DNA of 64,000 nucleotides from a virus, in IMG/VR virus record IMGVR_UViG_3300032322_002195, positions 1 through 64,000 of that record, one strand, 5' to 3'. Made by a program: the position numbers and the translations under genes. Position 1 is the stretch's first letter, and every line of letters starts with the position of its first letter. Positions 40,346 through 50,911 of the stretch are shown here, piece after piece. The notes under the pieces were generated by a model, which was not told where the DNA came from, searched no databases, and saw nothing but the letters and a program-made list of their open reading frames with translations.

Positions 40346-40540
40346 ATGGAAAAAGAATTATTAGAGGCATTCTTATTAGATGTTAAGCAAATGGTTACAA
40401 ATAACCCTAATGATGTTGATTTGGGTAAAACACTTAGAATTTATTTTAACAATTTACCAAATTTAATTAAAGATTTTAAACAACAATTAGATAAAGATTA
40501 TTATCTTGGTCCTTTAGATGATTTATCTAATAATAGTTAA
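40346..40540 (+). CDS. Small hypothetical protein
   Basis: ORF track 40322..40540; ATG 40346 lies downstream of the TATATTTG box at 40325-40332. Confidence 0.6.
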   Translation: MEKELLEAFLLDVKQMVTNNPNDVDLGKTLRIYFNNLPNLIKDFKQQLDKDYYLGPLDDLSNNS

Positions 40541-40560
40541 TAAAGTCAAGTATATAAAAC

Positions 40561-40588
40561 AAAAAAGGTGGAATAAATCCCACCTTTT
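40561..40588. terminator. Bidirectional terminator between convergent genes
   Basis: AAAAGGTGG...CCACCTTTT inverted repeat. Confidence 0.75.
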
Positions 40589-40609
40589 AAGTTTATAGTT
40601 TAGAAAAGA

Positions 40610-42517
40610 TTATCTCAATTCAGCAACATTGAATGTAGGTACACCGTCTACTCTAACATGCCCGTAGAACCTGTTGTTTACGACCTTCTTAGCGTAACGA
40701 GTCATGATACCTTTAACTGGAGCAAAGTTGAAAGGATTGTACATAGTTGGTGTAAGTTGCAAAGGCACGTATGGTGCGTAGATGTAACCAGTATCCAACA
40801 ATGATTTACCTTTATGACCGATGATTACAGAGTAAGCTGGTGCATATGGGTCACGGAATACTTGATAACGTCCACCCAATGTACCGATTCTTTCGATACC
40901 CATGTTATATTGGTCTTGCTCAGGGTTAGCATCAGACACGTGGAAGTATTCTAAATCATCGAATACAGCTGAAATTTCAGAAGATACAACGATAAAGTTA
41001 GCACCACCACGAAGTGTTGATTTGTGGATTTGAGCAGAGATTTGGTTAATCTTAGTGATAAGAGTTTGGTTCCAGTCCTTTTGAGTGTAAGGGCTAGCAG
41101 CAGAAGAAGCTCTTCTCCATCCGTTGTAGTCCCAACGCAATTGCCATGCAGCAGCTTTACGAAGGTCTCTAAGGATTTCACGGTCAATTTCCGCAGCAAC
41201 TTGCTCTGACAACATAGCTGTCAATTCAGCTTCAGCGTCAATGTTGTGGAATGCACTAACATCTTGAGCCAATTCTGGTGACCAAGTAGCACGTAATTTT
41301 CTTTCTTCAACGGCAACAACAACTTCATCAAGTCTGAAAGAAACTTCATTCAATTCAGTTTCCAATTCTAGAGAAGCGTATTCAGCCCATGCAAATACAA
41401 AGTTATAAGCAGTAACAGCTGATACAGTTGAAGCTGAAGCACCTATATAACCATCATAAGTAGCTGTACCAGCAGCAGCAGCACCAGTTCCAGCAGTAGT
41501 ACCTACAGGGTGAGTCAAGTCAAGCTCAACATACATAACACCATTAGGAGTAGTCAATACAGGATAAGTTTGACCATTAGATGTAAAAGTATTTGTTGTT
41601 TGAACAATACCTTGACCGTATTTTTGAGTAACCAAACGGAATGGAACTTCTTGGTTAGCAGCGATAATGGTATTACCGTTAGCGTCAAGGATAGCATTTG
41701 TAGTTACGCAATGCAAAGAAGCTAAGAATGATTCAGTATCCATTACGTTACCATCAGGACCAGTCAATACTTCACGACCACCACCACTATTAGTTGGGTT
41801 GAAACCACTCATGCTAAACATAGCGTATCTCAATGAACCATCATTAGCAGTTGGGAAAGAAGTCGTTCCAGCAGGGCTTAGAACAACAAACTGACCATCT
41901 GAATTTAATCTAACAGCGTTGTTGTTAGCTAAAGTATAAGTTCTGATAGTAAGTGTACCTTTAGATTGGTCAAACATACCATCGTTGTAGAAAATATCAT
42001 ATAAGTTCTTAGCCATAAATGGAGTTGTAGCGCATGAACCATTAGCTGGAAGAACGCAAGATGGAATGCCAGTAGAAGCAAATGATGTGTGAGCTGAATA
42101 CTGAGTAAGATAAGTATCGTTAGTTGGGCTAGTACCAGCATAGTCATTACCAGCAACAGGAGGTGTAGAACCGTCTACACGGCTAGATGTAAGAGGTACG
42201 AAATAGAACAATTTACCGATAGGCATGTTCATAGCTTGAACAGACACGATGTCGTTAGCTAATAATTTAGAGAAAACACGTCTTACGATAGGGAATACTA
42301 CTGTTTCGAATGAACCAGAAGAAGTTGAAGTTGTAGTCTCAGTCAACAAAGTTGAAGCTTGGTTTTCATACAACTGAGCGATGTTTTCTTTTACGTGGCC
42401 TTTAAGACCTTCAAGGAAGCCTAAGCTTTCCCATTTTGATTGGGTTTCTTTACGGATAGCCTTCATGTGGTTTAATCCGATGTTACCCACTTGTCCAGAT
42501 GTTAATAAATGTGACAT
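40610..42517 (-). CDS. Major capsid protein, T4 gp23-like
   Basis: PIVRRVF, VSVQAM, RKLRATWSPELAQD, HNIDAEAEL, EIDREI, YAPYVPL, GIMTRY. Confidence 0.97.
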   Translation of the reverse strand: MSHLLTSGQVGNIGLNHMKAIRKETQSKWESLGFLEGLKGHVKENIAQLYENQASTLLTETTTSTSSGSFETVVFPIVRRVFSKLLANDIVSVQAMNMPIGKLFYFVPLTSSRVDGSTPPVAGNDYAGTSPTNDTYLTQYSAHTSFASTGIPSCVLPANGSCATTPFMAKNLYDIFYNDGMFDQSKGTLTIRTYTLANNNAVRLNSDGQFVVLSPAGTTSFPTANDGSLRYAMFSMSGFNPTNSGGGREVLTGPDGNVMDTESFLASLHCVTTNAILDANGNTIIAANQEVPFRLVTQKYGQGIVQTTNTFTSNGQTYPVLTTPNGVMYVELDLTHPVGTTAGTGAAAAGTATYDGYIGASASTVSAVTAYNFVFAWAEYASLELETELNEVSFRLDEVVVAVEERKLRATWSPELAQDVSAFHNIDAEAELTAMLSEQVAAEIDREILRDLRKAAAWQLRWDYNGWRRASSAASPYTQKDWNQTLITKINQISAQIHKSTLRGGANFIVVSSEISAVFDDLEYFHVSDANPEQDQYNMGIERIGTLGGRYQVFRDPYAPAYSVIIGHKGKSLLDTGYIYAPYVPLQLTPTMYNPFNFAPVKGIMTRYAKKVVNNRFYGHVRVDGVPTFNVAELR

Positions 42518-42547
42518 AGTTTTTTGTATTTATTTTTTTGGTTATTG

Positions 42548-43864
42548 TTATTTGTTTTCAACTCTTTGAATCAAATCAAGGATTCTTTTAGTTGATGGGT
42601 CAACATAGGCAGTGCTTTCGTTTAATTGTTTAGAGCTGCCAGTGGTACCCTCTTTTATTATTTTTCTTTCTATTGCTTCAGTGATTGGCTTTCTAGAAGC
42701 TAATTCATTTGCAATAGTTCTGTATAACTTTTTAGACTCCTTAAGGTTTGTAACTCCTTCATCAAATCTTTTGATGATACTTTGTTTTTCAGCCTTGGTT
42801 GTCGCATGTTCCATAAACAATCTTGTTACGTAAGTCAAGTTGCTATTGAACACTACTGTTTCTACCAACTTTGTTCTAAATTCTTTTAAAGCTTTTCTAA
42901 ACTCTTCGTTTTCAGTTTTTAATTTTTTAGACTCAGTCAATAAAGTATTGTATTTTTTTGCAGTTTCAGAAACTAGTTTTTTAGCGATTACAGATTCTTT
43001 AAGATTATCAGCGCCAGCACCTTTAGGTTGACCTATGTTTGCTTTTCCTGGTAATCTATGAGCTTGACCAGAACCAACAGGGATGGCCTCTTCAATAGTT
43101 TCTTCCTCCTCGCCTTTTTCCTCTTCACCTTCTTCGTCATCTACATCAGATAAATCAGAAGGTTCACCTTCTTCATCATCCATTTCAATTTCGTAGTCTA
43201 CGTCATCACCACCTTCAATGTCATCAACATCAATGTCAACATCTTCAACATTACCAGCCATTTCATCATCCATGTCATCACCCATGTCTAGGTCTGAAGT
43301 TTTGATTACGTATTCTCCTGGTTCAGAGACAGTTAGGTGAATTTCGTCACCTACGATTTCGATTTCGTCATCACCGCTTAATTTTTTGTAAACTGCGATT
43401 ACGTCATCGTCAGACGCTTGGGTCATGTCCAATTCTTCTGATGCCATTGCATCCATTCCTTCTTCGTACATACCTTCTTCCATTTCTTCTTCGTACATAC
43501 CTTCGTACATACCTTCTTCCATTTCTTCTTCGTACATACCTTCTGTTGGCATTTCACCTTCGGTCATTTTTGATTCAGATTTGGTTTCTGATTTTTCTTT
43601 TTTCTCAGTACCACCTTTGCCATGTTCTTTCTTTTCCTCCGCTGGAGTTTCAGATTTCTCATGTTCTTCATGTGATACTTCGTTTAAAGAGTCTTCAACC
43701 TCTTCTTCCACATAAGCCTCTTTAGTTAGAGACTCTTTCACCACACCATCAATTTCTTCTTTAGCTACGCTACGAAGTATTTCTTTAGTGTTGGCATTGA
43801 GAGCACTTTGAATATTTTTAATATCCAAAAGAGCTTCTTCAAGTATTGATTTTTTGTCTGCCAT
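42548..43864 (-). CDS. Prohead core/scaffold protein
   Basis: Highly acidic with a coiled-coil C-terminus; lies between the protease and capsid genes. Confidence 0.8.
   Translation of the reverse strand: MADKKSILEEALLDIKNIQSALNANTKEILRSVAKEEIDGVVKESLTKEAYVEEEVEDSLNEVSHEEHEKSETPAEEKKEHGKGGTEKKEKSETKSESKMTEGEMPTEGMYEEEMEEGMYEGMYEEEMEEGMYEEGMDAMASEELDMTQASDDDVIAVYKKLSGDDEIEIVGDEIHLTVSEPGEYVIKTSDLDMGDDMDDEMAGNVEDVDIDVDDIEGGDDVDYEIEMDDEEGEPSDLSDVDDEEGEEEKGEEEETIEEAIPVGSGQAHRLPGKANIGQPKGAGADNLKESVIAKKLVSETAKKYNTLLTESKKLKTENEEFRKALKEFRTKLVETVVFNSNLTYVTRLFMEHATTKAEKQSIIKRFDEGVTNLKESKKLYRTIANELASRKPITEAIERKIIKEGTTGSSKQLNESTAYVDPSTKRILDLIQRVENK
43457..43543 (-). repeat. Coding tandem repeat EGMYE(EEME)
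   Basis: TTCGTACATACCTTC occurs four times. Confidence 0.85.
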
Positions 43865-43983
43865 TTTGTGTTTGTTTGTGTTTTATTATTAGATAAATAA
43901 TACAATATCTATCTTATTTGATAATAAATATGTCTAGTTTTACGAAAAGACAAGCTATATAAAAAAATTTATAAAAAAAATGC

Positions 43984-44706
43984 TTATTCTGATAAAAAAT
44001 TGTCTAATTTATCTTTTAAGCTTTCTTTAATTATACTAGATTTTTTTTCGATGCTTTCAACATAAGGTTTAGCTTCAGTCACATCTCTAAAAATCCAAGC
44101 GTCTGGTGTTGATGGTGCTGTAACAACATCCCAACAAATTATTTCAAAATCATCTTGAACAATTTGTTCACCACTTTTTCCCTCTTTAAGAGAACCAACA
44201 CCTCTAGATGAAACACCAATTTTAATTCTATTTCTTAAAAGATTCGCAACTTCATCACCTTTGGTGGAAACGATACCATAGTTTATAAAACCAGGTGTCA
44301 TCAGAATTTCCATTTTACCCATAAGAGTTTTACCTTCCCACCATGTTTCAATAATATTGTGTGAAATTCTATCACCAGCGATAATGCTAGATTCTGGATG
44401 GTCTAATTCACCAACCGCACTACGTTCTCTAATAGCTTTTTGGTATATTTCGTTTTGTTTTTTTAAAACTTGTTCTGGATATACCCTACCATTACGATTA
44501 AGAACACCGTATTTTTGTAAAATAACATAAACTACCAAAGGTTCTGCTATTATTATTTTTCCGCTGTCAAGTTTTTTTATTTCATTTATGAACGCTTGGT
44601 TCCTAGGTTCATCAGGACTAATATAACCAGCGTCATGTTCGATTAAATAACCGAAGCCAGTTTCTCCACGTCTAAGCGTTTTTATTTTATTATAATTTAT
44701 ATCCAT
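43984..44706 (-). CDS. Prohead core protease, T4 gp21-like
   Basis: NRNGRVYP, GELDHP, SHNI, IGVSSRGVGS, WDVVTAPSTPDA. Confidence 0.93.
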   Translation of the reverse strand: MDINYNKIKTLRRGETGFGYLIEHDAGYISPDEPRNQAFINEIKKLDSGKIIIAEPLVVYVILQKYGVLNRNGRVYPEQVLKKQNEIYQKAIRERSAVGELDHPESSIIAGDRISHNIIETWWEGKTLMGKMEILMTPGFINYGIVSTKGDEVANLLRNRIKIGVSSRGVGSLKEGKSGEQIVQDDFEIICWDVVTAPSTPDAWIFRDVTEAKPYVESIEKKSSIIKESLKDKLDNFLSE

Positions 44707-44744
44707 ATTTGCTAGCTTATAGATATAAATATCGTATGTAAATA

Positions 44745-44778
44745 AAAAAACCCCAGAATTATCTGGGGTCTTTATTTT
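44745..44778 (-). terminator. Intrinsic terminator
   Basis: ACCCCAGA-ATTA-TCTGGGGT hairpin with a T-tract on the minus strand. Confidence 0.7.
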
Positions 44779-45212
44779 TATCGTTTTCTTTTATAAAAGT
44801 CAAATGTATCACATTGCTCAAAAACCTTATCAATCAATTCTTGAGCAACGTTATTTAAGTTTGTTTTCATTTCTTCAGAATTTACTGGTATTTCAACATT
44901 TAAATAAAATGTTACTTCACAACTCATGAAGCTTCTCTTTCCTTTTCTTATACCAGATTCTCTCAAATCTAAATCAACAATTGTCATTTCTTTGTTTAAA
45001 TTTAAATTTGATGAATAATTAAATAACGTTTGTTTTATTTTCTTGATTAAATTTCTAATAGCTCTGTTGTAATTTCCGTCACAATCTTCTTTTGGTTGGG
45101 ACCATGCAGAAACGTTTAAATAAACTGATTTTGGGTTTTTGTTATTTACGCTCCCAAAAATAACGTTAAAGTCGTTAAAAATACTAGATTTTATTTCTTT
45201 TCCTGTTTTCAT
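44778..45212 (-). CDS. Hypothetical protein
   Basis: 144 aa with its own promoter and terminator. Confidence 0.7.
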   Translation of the reverse strand: MKTGKEIKSSIFNDFNVIFGSVNNKNPKSVYLNVSAWSQPKEDCDGNYNRAIRNLIKKIKQTLFNYSSNLNLNKEMTIVDLDLRESGIRKGKRSFMSCEVTFYLNVEIPVNSEEMKTNLNNVAQELIDKVFEQCDTFDFYKRKR

Positions 45213-45236
45213 ATTTACCTGGTTTTTTATAACACA

Positions 45237-45265
45237 AGTATAATGAAAAAAAATGAATGTGTCAA
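45237..45265 (-). promoter_or_regulatory. Sigma70-like promoter TTGACA-17-TATACT
   Basis: Plus strand reads AGTATA at 45237-45242 and TGTCAA at 45260-45265. Confidence 0.6.
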
Positions 45266-45269
45266 GCGA

Positions 45270-45608
45270 TTATTTTAGCTTATCCCACAAAGCAATTGTA
45301 ATACCGATTGCTATTTGAACAAATGTAATTATAGCTATTGCAGCTGCCCAACGATTCTTTTGCCTATATATTTCGTCTTTAGCCTCTTTCATTTGACTAG
45401 GAGACCAAACATCATTAACCTTTTCAATCCATTTAGCATGTGTATCTACTTTTCCTTCAACATTTTTAACCTCAGTAAGTTTTTGGTTCAACTCAGAAAA
45501 ACGAGTATCCATGTCAGTTCTCATTCTGTCATAGTTTTCATTAAGCCTCTCAAGTTCTTTTAAAACTAGCTTACTGTAATCACCCCAAGTTCCTGTTTCT
45601 TCACTCAT
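45270..45608 (-). CDS. Coiled-coil protein with one C-terminal transmembrane helix (holin-like topology)
   Basis: WAAAIAIITFVQIAIGITIALW hydrophobic segment. Confidence 0.6.
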   Translation of the reverse strand: MSEETGTWGDYSKLVLKELERLNENYDRMRTDMDTRFSELNQKLTEVKNVEGKVDTHAKWIEKVNDVWSPSQMKEAKDEIYRQKNRWAAAIAIITFVQIAIGITIALWDKLK

Positions 45609-45610
45609 GA

Positions 45611-45829
45611 TTATAATTTAACGTTGTTTAGTATATTAGTTATTTTTAAACACATTTTTTCGTAACACTTTATTTTAGTTACTGATGATTTTGATTCCGA
45701 TATTTCATCTTTACCTTCTTCAATGATATTTTTTAATTCTTTTAAAATTAAAAAATTTTCATCTTTATGAGTTGTTTCACAAATTTTTTGTGTTAATTCT
45801 CTTAATTTTAAAATATTTTCATTATACAT
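45611..45829 (-). CDS. Hypothetical protein
   Basis: 72-aa ORF within the operon. Confidence 0.55.
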   Translation of the reverse strand: MYNENILKLRELTQKICETTHKDENFLILKELKNIIEEGKDEISESKSSVTKIKCYEKMCLKITNILNNVKL

Positions 45830-45837
45830 TGGCGTTA

Positions 45838-46629
45838 TTAATTTTCTTTTAAAGTATTCTTAAGGTCTATAATTTTAGAAATATTTTTTATAAAATCCTC
45901 GTTTATTTCTTGTTTATCATTTAATAATCTGTCTTTAACCCTTAAAAGTTTGTCTTTTGTTTCTAAATCAGAACCATCTAGTTTCTCATTAATCAAATCA
46001 ATACACTCTCTTACAACTTTACCATAAACCTCTTTTTTCTGTTCATCAGTAGATTCGATTATAACTTTAAGAATTTGTTTTTCTGATTTATCCAAAGTGC
46101 TGTATTTTTGATTGTATTTCTCGACCATGATAGTAGTCAACATACTATTAGGTAATTCTATACTTTCAGAAATTACTTTTTCTTTGTTATTTACGATATA
46201 ATCAATTATTTTGCTAGTTGCTTCAACAATCACATCAATATTCTCTGGAGATTTACTTGTGAATATAAGAGTAGAAATACTTTCATAAAGTTCTTTTTTA
46301 TCGTCTAGTACATCTTTTTCAAATAAAAGATTTTGCACCAATTTTGAATTTGCTTCAAATATTTCTTTTTTATCGTATTTAGAAAACAAATCAATATTTT
46401 CTTTTACAAACATATTAGCTTTATTGATATCTTTTTCTACTTTTTGCTCAATGTTGGTGTAAACTAAAAATTGAGTTTTAAGTATCTCGTTTTCTTTTAA
46501 AGACTTAACATAGTTTTTAAACAAGTCTTTTTTTGGCTTATCCTCTGACATAACGCTTTCGGCCAAAAGTGTGTTATAAACACTTTTTATGTGACCAAAA
46601 TTTTTTGTTATTTGACTTAAATTTGTCAT
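45838..46629 (-). CDS. Hypothetical helical protein of the head module
   Basis: 263 aa; late motif at 46645-46653. Confidence 0.7.
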   Translation of the reverse strand: MTNLSQITKNFGHIKSVYNTLLAESVMSEDKPKKDLFKNYVKSLKENEILKTQFLVYTNIEQKVEKDINKANMFVKENIDLFSKYDKKEIFEANSKLVQNLLFEKDVLDDKKELYESISTLIFTSKSPENIDVIVEATSKIIDYIVNNKEKVISESIELPNSMLTTIMVEKYNQKYSTLDKSEKQILKVIIESTDEQKKEVYGKVVRECIDLINEKLDGSDLETKDKLLRVKDRLLNDKQEINEDFIKNISKIIDLKNTLKEN

Positions 46630-46674
46630 ACCTTTAATTTACTTAATAAATATTGTTATTTTATGCAAAAGAAT

Positions 46675-48759
46675 TTATTCTCCTAACATTTTATCGATTC
46701 CATTTATCATGTCATCAACATCTTTGTTTATTTTTACGTTTTTGTCGTAAATTTTTACTCTTTCGTTAATTTCTTTTTTTATCGGGTTTATAGATTCTAG
46801 CAAAGCATCAACAAATCTACCTTGATAATGTTTGGTTCTATCATCTAACTTTTTAGCTAACATTTTTTTCTGTTCTTTCAATATTTTATTAACCTTTTTA
46901 ACAGATTCAGTTACTTCAGTTGGAGCAGCCTCTTCAGCTCCAGCCTCTGTACCAGCTTCTTCAGCTCCAGCTATTTCAGCACCTGTTTCGGCTTCACCCC
47001 CAGCTTCGGTAGCGGCTTCACTTTCACCACCTTCTTCACCACCAAAATCTAAGTCTTCACCACCTACTCCTCCACCACCAAAAGAGCCACCTAATCCTCC
47101 ACCACCGCCAGTTGAACCACCAGATTCACCTTCAGCCCCACCAGCAGCCTCACCACCTTCTCCACTACCACCTTTAAGTGCTAATTTAAAATCACCGTAA
47201 ACTCTATCCACGATATCAAACATACCAGTATGTTTGATAACATTTGCTGAATTGGCCAATTCAGCAGCAGCAGCTTTTTCAAGCCTTTGTTCTAACAAAT
47301 CTTTTTTGATTTCATCATCAGACATACCAAGAACATCTCTTTTTGCACGAGTCATTGACATCGCAGCAAAGCCATTACCAGCATCAGAAACTGCGTCTTT
47401 ATAAAGAGTAACTTTGCTTTGTAAGTGTTCTACTTTAAGCATTTCTGCTTGAGTAGATGGATTATTAAGAGTAAGTGTAAAGTTATCAAAATCTTCGTCA
47501 AAACCTAACAAATACAAATGAATAATAGCTATCTTATTAAGTTCTTGAAGCATTGATTGTTGTATGCGATTAATAGTCCTTGAAAAACGTATATCTTGCA
47601 ATGCAAGGTTTTTACCTTCACCAGCTGTCTCATCAAAACCTAAAAATGGTTTTGGAACACGCAAAGCAGTGAATAGATTATTCCTCAAATATTCAATATC
47701 AGCAATTTGGTCCAAGTTAGAAGCACCAGGAAGTGTATCAATTGGATTTGGTGCATCTTCAGTACGAACAGGGATGAAAAAATCTTGGTCATTTGATAAC
47801 TGATTGTATCTAAGGTCCATTTGACCAGTTTGTGGGTCGGTAATTGGAATTCGTTTAAACCTATCAGCTATTTCATTTACATATGCTGGTACGTCTGCGT
47901 CTTCAATATTACCAACATATATTTTATAAACACGTCTTTCTGGTGCACGAGTAACACGATATACCAACATAGAGTCTTCTGATAAAATAAGTTGTTTCCA
48001 AATACGTCTGGCTTTCTCTAACATACTCGTACCATAAGGCAAACGTCTATCATCACCAGTTAATCTAAAGTGAGCTATTTGCCAAGAATTAAATTCAACA
48101 TCACGACCTCTCCAATAAAATTTTACTTTATCAGCAACCGCAACATTTCCGTTTGGTGTTTCTCTACCAGTAATCATATCAAACAAACCGCTTTCCCTTC
48201 TTTCCATTTCATAGTTTGGCATTTGTTTTCCGCCAGTTACTCCGTGAACATCATCAATATTTAAAAACACAAAGTTATCACCATATTTTACAGTATTCCT
48301 TGTCCACATTGGTAACGATGTATGTATATCTAATCTATTAAAAAATAAATCTTCTAATATCCCCTTAACACGACTACTATCAGAATAAACATTCAATACT
48401 TTTCCCTTGTCATTAAGAGTTGTTGATTCTTCAGCCATTATATCTAATGCAGCAGCAATAATTGGATAAAACTCCATAGCCTCAAAATCTGAGTAAGAAC
48501 CAATACGAGTTGTTTCATAGTTTATTGATTGTTGAAAAAGTCCGCTCTCAACCTTTTTCCACATCTGAGACAAATACTTGTTTTGTTGCGCTTGCAACTT
48601 AGCTCTTTCAAAATCAACTTTATTATCTGTTTTAAGCAACACATCGTTACCCATATTGTAACGTTGTGGTTGTGGTTGACTTTGGTTTAGTTTTGCTGAA
48701 TCAGGACCTAATATTTGTCCCAATCTTTGAAATATAGTTAAATTTTTATTTTCTGCCAT
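46675..48759 (-). CDS. Portal protein, T4 gp20-like
   Basis: PYGTSMLEKAR, EDSMLVYRVTRAPERRVY, DFFIPVR, IDTLPGA, ALRVPK, DIRFSR. Confidence 0.93.
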   Translation of the reverse strand: MAENKNLTIFQRLGQILGPDSAKLNQSQPQPQRYNMGNDVLLKTDNKVDFERAKLQAQQNKYLSQMWKKVESGLFQQSINYETTRIGSYSDFEAMEFYPIIAAALDIMAEESTTLNDKGKVLNVYSDSSRVKGILEDLFFNRLDIHTSLPMWTRNTVKYGDNFVFLNIDDVHGVTGGKQMPNYEMERRESGLFDMITGRETPNGNVAVADKVKFYWRGRDVEFNSWQIAHFRLTGDDRRLPYGTSMLEKARRIWKQLILSEDSMLVYRVTRAPERRVYKIYVGNIEDADVPAYVNEIADRFKRIPITDPQTGQMDLRYNQLSNDQDFFIPVRTEDAPNPIDTLPGASNLDQIADIEYLRNNLFTALRVPKPFLGFDETAGEGKNLALQDIRFSRTINRIQQSMLQELNKIAIIHLYLLGFDEDFDNFTLTLNNPSTQAEMLKVEHLQSKVTLYKDAVSDAGNGFAAMSMTRAKRDVLGMSDDEIKKDLLEQRLEKAAAAELANSANVIKHTGMFDIVDRVYGDFKLALKGGSGEGGEAAGGAEGESGGSTGGGGGLGGSFGGGGVGGEDLDFGGEEGGESEAATEAGGEAETGAEIAGAEEAGTEAGAEEAAPTEVTESVKKVNKILKEQKKMLAKKLDDRTKHYQGRFVDALLESINPIKKEINERVKIYDKNVKINKDVDDMINGIDKMLGE

Positions 48760-48805
48760 AATATTGTTTTATTATAATTTAAGTTTTAATTCTAAAAAAT
48801 AAAGA

Positions 48806-49039
48806 TTACTGCACGTAATCACATTCTACGTATGCTAATCTTTCTTGCTCACCAATAGGACTAACTGCTAAAGTATAAACATAATTGGTTATCCAATCTT
48901 GACCTTGACTTCCTGATATTGCATTACAGAAAAACGGTTTTTTTGTAATGTTTTGTTTTTTTATGATATTTGATTGAATTGGTGACCATTTATAAAGTAT
49001 TGGACCATATGTTTTAAGTACAAATGTATTTTTTGCCAT
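48806..49039 (-). CDS. Small hypothetical protein
   Basis: 77 aa between terminase and portal. Confidence 0.6.
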   Translation of the reverse strand: MAKNTFVLKTYGPILYKWSPIQSNIIKKQNITKKPFFCNAISGSQGQDWITNYVYTLAVSPIGEQERLAYVECDYVQ

Positions 49040-49050
49040 TTTATTTAGAT

Positions 49051-50832
49051 TTATTTCATTCCATTAAATAACCACATGTATTGACCTAAAGGGTCTTGCA
49101 TATTTTTAGAAATAGCTGGGTTAAATTTAGGTTTTGGCGTTGTCGCCTTATTTCTGTTTTCTTTGCTAACAAAACTACCAGAAGCTGGTTCTTCTTTTAC
49201 CGATGGTGAACCAACCACCCAACTACTTAGCATAGCTTTGTTTTGTTTTTCTAATCTTTCTAGATTTTTAAAAGAATGTTCTACAACCCATAAACACATA
49301 GCCATTGCCATTAGCAAATCGTCATGATAACCATCCATGTGGTCTGGTCTACCATTTTTGTAAATAAATGTTTTCATCTCAGATGTCATTCTAACCGAAC
49401 GAATTTTAACAGCGTCCGTTCTAATTTTAAATTCTAAGTTTGAAATCATTGGTAGACGAACTGATGTTGCGTGAAAACCTGGTATTTTATTATCTTTATT
49501 ATAACTAGTTAATTCTCTTTGTTTAGAAGATAAAACTTTTCCATTTTGGCTATCATAGTGTAATCTTTTATAATTAAATTCTAGTAATTTAAGAATAGTT
49601 GAAACACCCATACCACCAGTTGCATCCACCACAGTGTAAGCCTTGTATAAATTTCCATATTCTTCAACAATTTGAGCCAATAAATCTGGTTGTATCTTTC
49701 CTTGATATTCTACGACTTGCTCCATGGTTGTAAAATCCAATATAACCATTGTTGAAGAATCCTCTCCATCACCTCTGGATACGTCCACACCCATTATGTA
49801 TTGATGTCCCTCTTGTGGCTCATCCCAAATCCATATTTCACCCTCTGGGCCAGCGGTATATAACGGTTCTCTTACGTTGTTTTTGTTTTGGAATTCAATG
49901 TGTTCTTCGTCAATAACGTTACCACCTGAACCAATGAAAGACACGTCCAATTCTTGTGCAATCATCTTAGCATCATTATTCATACCACGACACATTTCTT
50001 CATACCATGAAGATGTTGGTTTCCAACCTCCCAAAATTCTTTTTTCGTAAGAATTAAAAGTAAATTCAACCTCATCTTCTGTCACTTCATCTTTGACCCA
50101 ACGTAAATCTTTATTGTAACGCAAGTCTTCATACCATTTCATTTCAATAATATTGAAATTGTTTTCCTTTTTCCTAGCTTGGTCATATGTTTTGTAATAA
50201 AGTGCGTCCATACCACGAGGTGTTGATATAAGAGTTGCTTTGCCACCAGTACCCAAAGCCGTCAAAGCAGCACCAAATACTTCGGCACCATTATCAATAT
50301 ATGCGGCTTCATCCATAACTAAGTAAGTTGGAGTGAAACCACGCAACGCATCTTTAGATGTAGCAACCGCTTTTACACGACTACCATTAGGTAATTTTAT
50401 TTCTTTTTTAGAGTCAGTAAGGAATATTGACTTTTCTTCATTTTTTTGATTACCATAGTATTCAGAACCCCAAACCCATCTTGGTAATTGAGAAACAAAC
50501 TCTTTAATTTTTGCCAAAAATTCAAACGCCAACTCTTGTTTGTTGGCAATGATAAGAACAGCTTCTGGGTTTTCAGCATCAGCAAAACCAACCTTTATTG
50601 CCATATAAGCTGCCGTTGTCGTTGATACCCCAGCCTGTCTTGGTTTTGTGATTAAATTAAACCTATGCTTTTCATAAGCATAGATTATTTCTTTTTGTCT
50701 TGGGAATAGCTTAAACGGTACAAACCCTTCTTGAGTTTTATCAAATGTTTCCAAATAAGTCTCAATACCATATATCGGACTTGTTAAACATTTGGCATAT
50801 TCTTTAAATATTTCTGTTTTTGTTAATAGCAT
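49051..50832 (-). CDS. Terminase large subunit, T4 gp17-like
   Basis: KPRQAGVST (Walker A), LVMDEAA (Walker B), ISTPRG, GVDVSRGDGED, HDDLLMA. Confidence 0.95.
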   Translation of the reverse strand: MLLTKTEIFKEYAKCLTSPIYGIETYLETFDKTQEGFVPFKLFPRQKEIIYAYEKHRFNLITKPRQAGVSTTTAAYMAIKVGFADAENPEAVLIIANKQELAFEFLAKIKEFVSQLPRWVWGSEYYGNQKNEEKSIFLTDSKKEIKLPNGSRVKAVATSKDALRGFTPTYLVMDEAAYIDNGAEVFGAALTALGTGGKATLISTPRGMDALYYKTYDQARKKENNFNIIEMKWYEDLRYNKDLRWVKDEVTEDEVEFTFNSYEKRILGGWKPTSSWYEEMCRGMNNDAKMIAQELDVSFIGSGGNVIDEEHIEFQNKNNVREPLYTAGPEGEIWIWDEPQEGHQYIMGVDVSRGDGEDSSTMVILDFTTMEQVVEYQGKIQPDLLAQIVEEYGNLYKAYTVVDATGGMGVSTILKLLEFNYKRLHYDSQNGKVLSSKQRELTSYNKDNKIPGFHATSVRLPMISNLEFKIRTDAVKIRSVRMTSEMKTFIYKNGRPDHMDGYHDDLLMAMAMCLWVVEHSFKNLERLEKQNKAMLSSWVVGSPSVKEEPASGSFVSKENRNKATTPKPKFNPAISKNMQDPLGQYMWLFNGMK

Positions 50833-50911
50833 ATTATTTTAACTATAAATATGCCAAAACACAATAAAAACAATTAAGACCCCAATTGGAGCCTTAATTC
50901 ATTTGTTTTTA

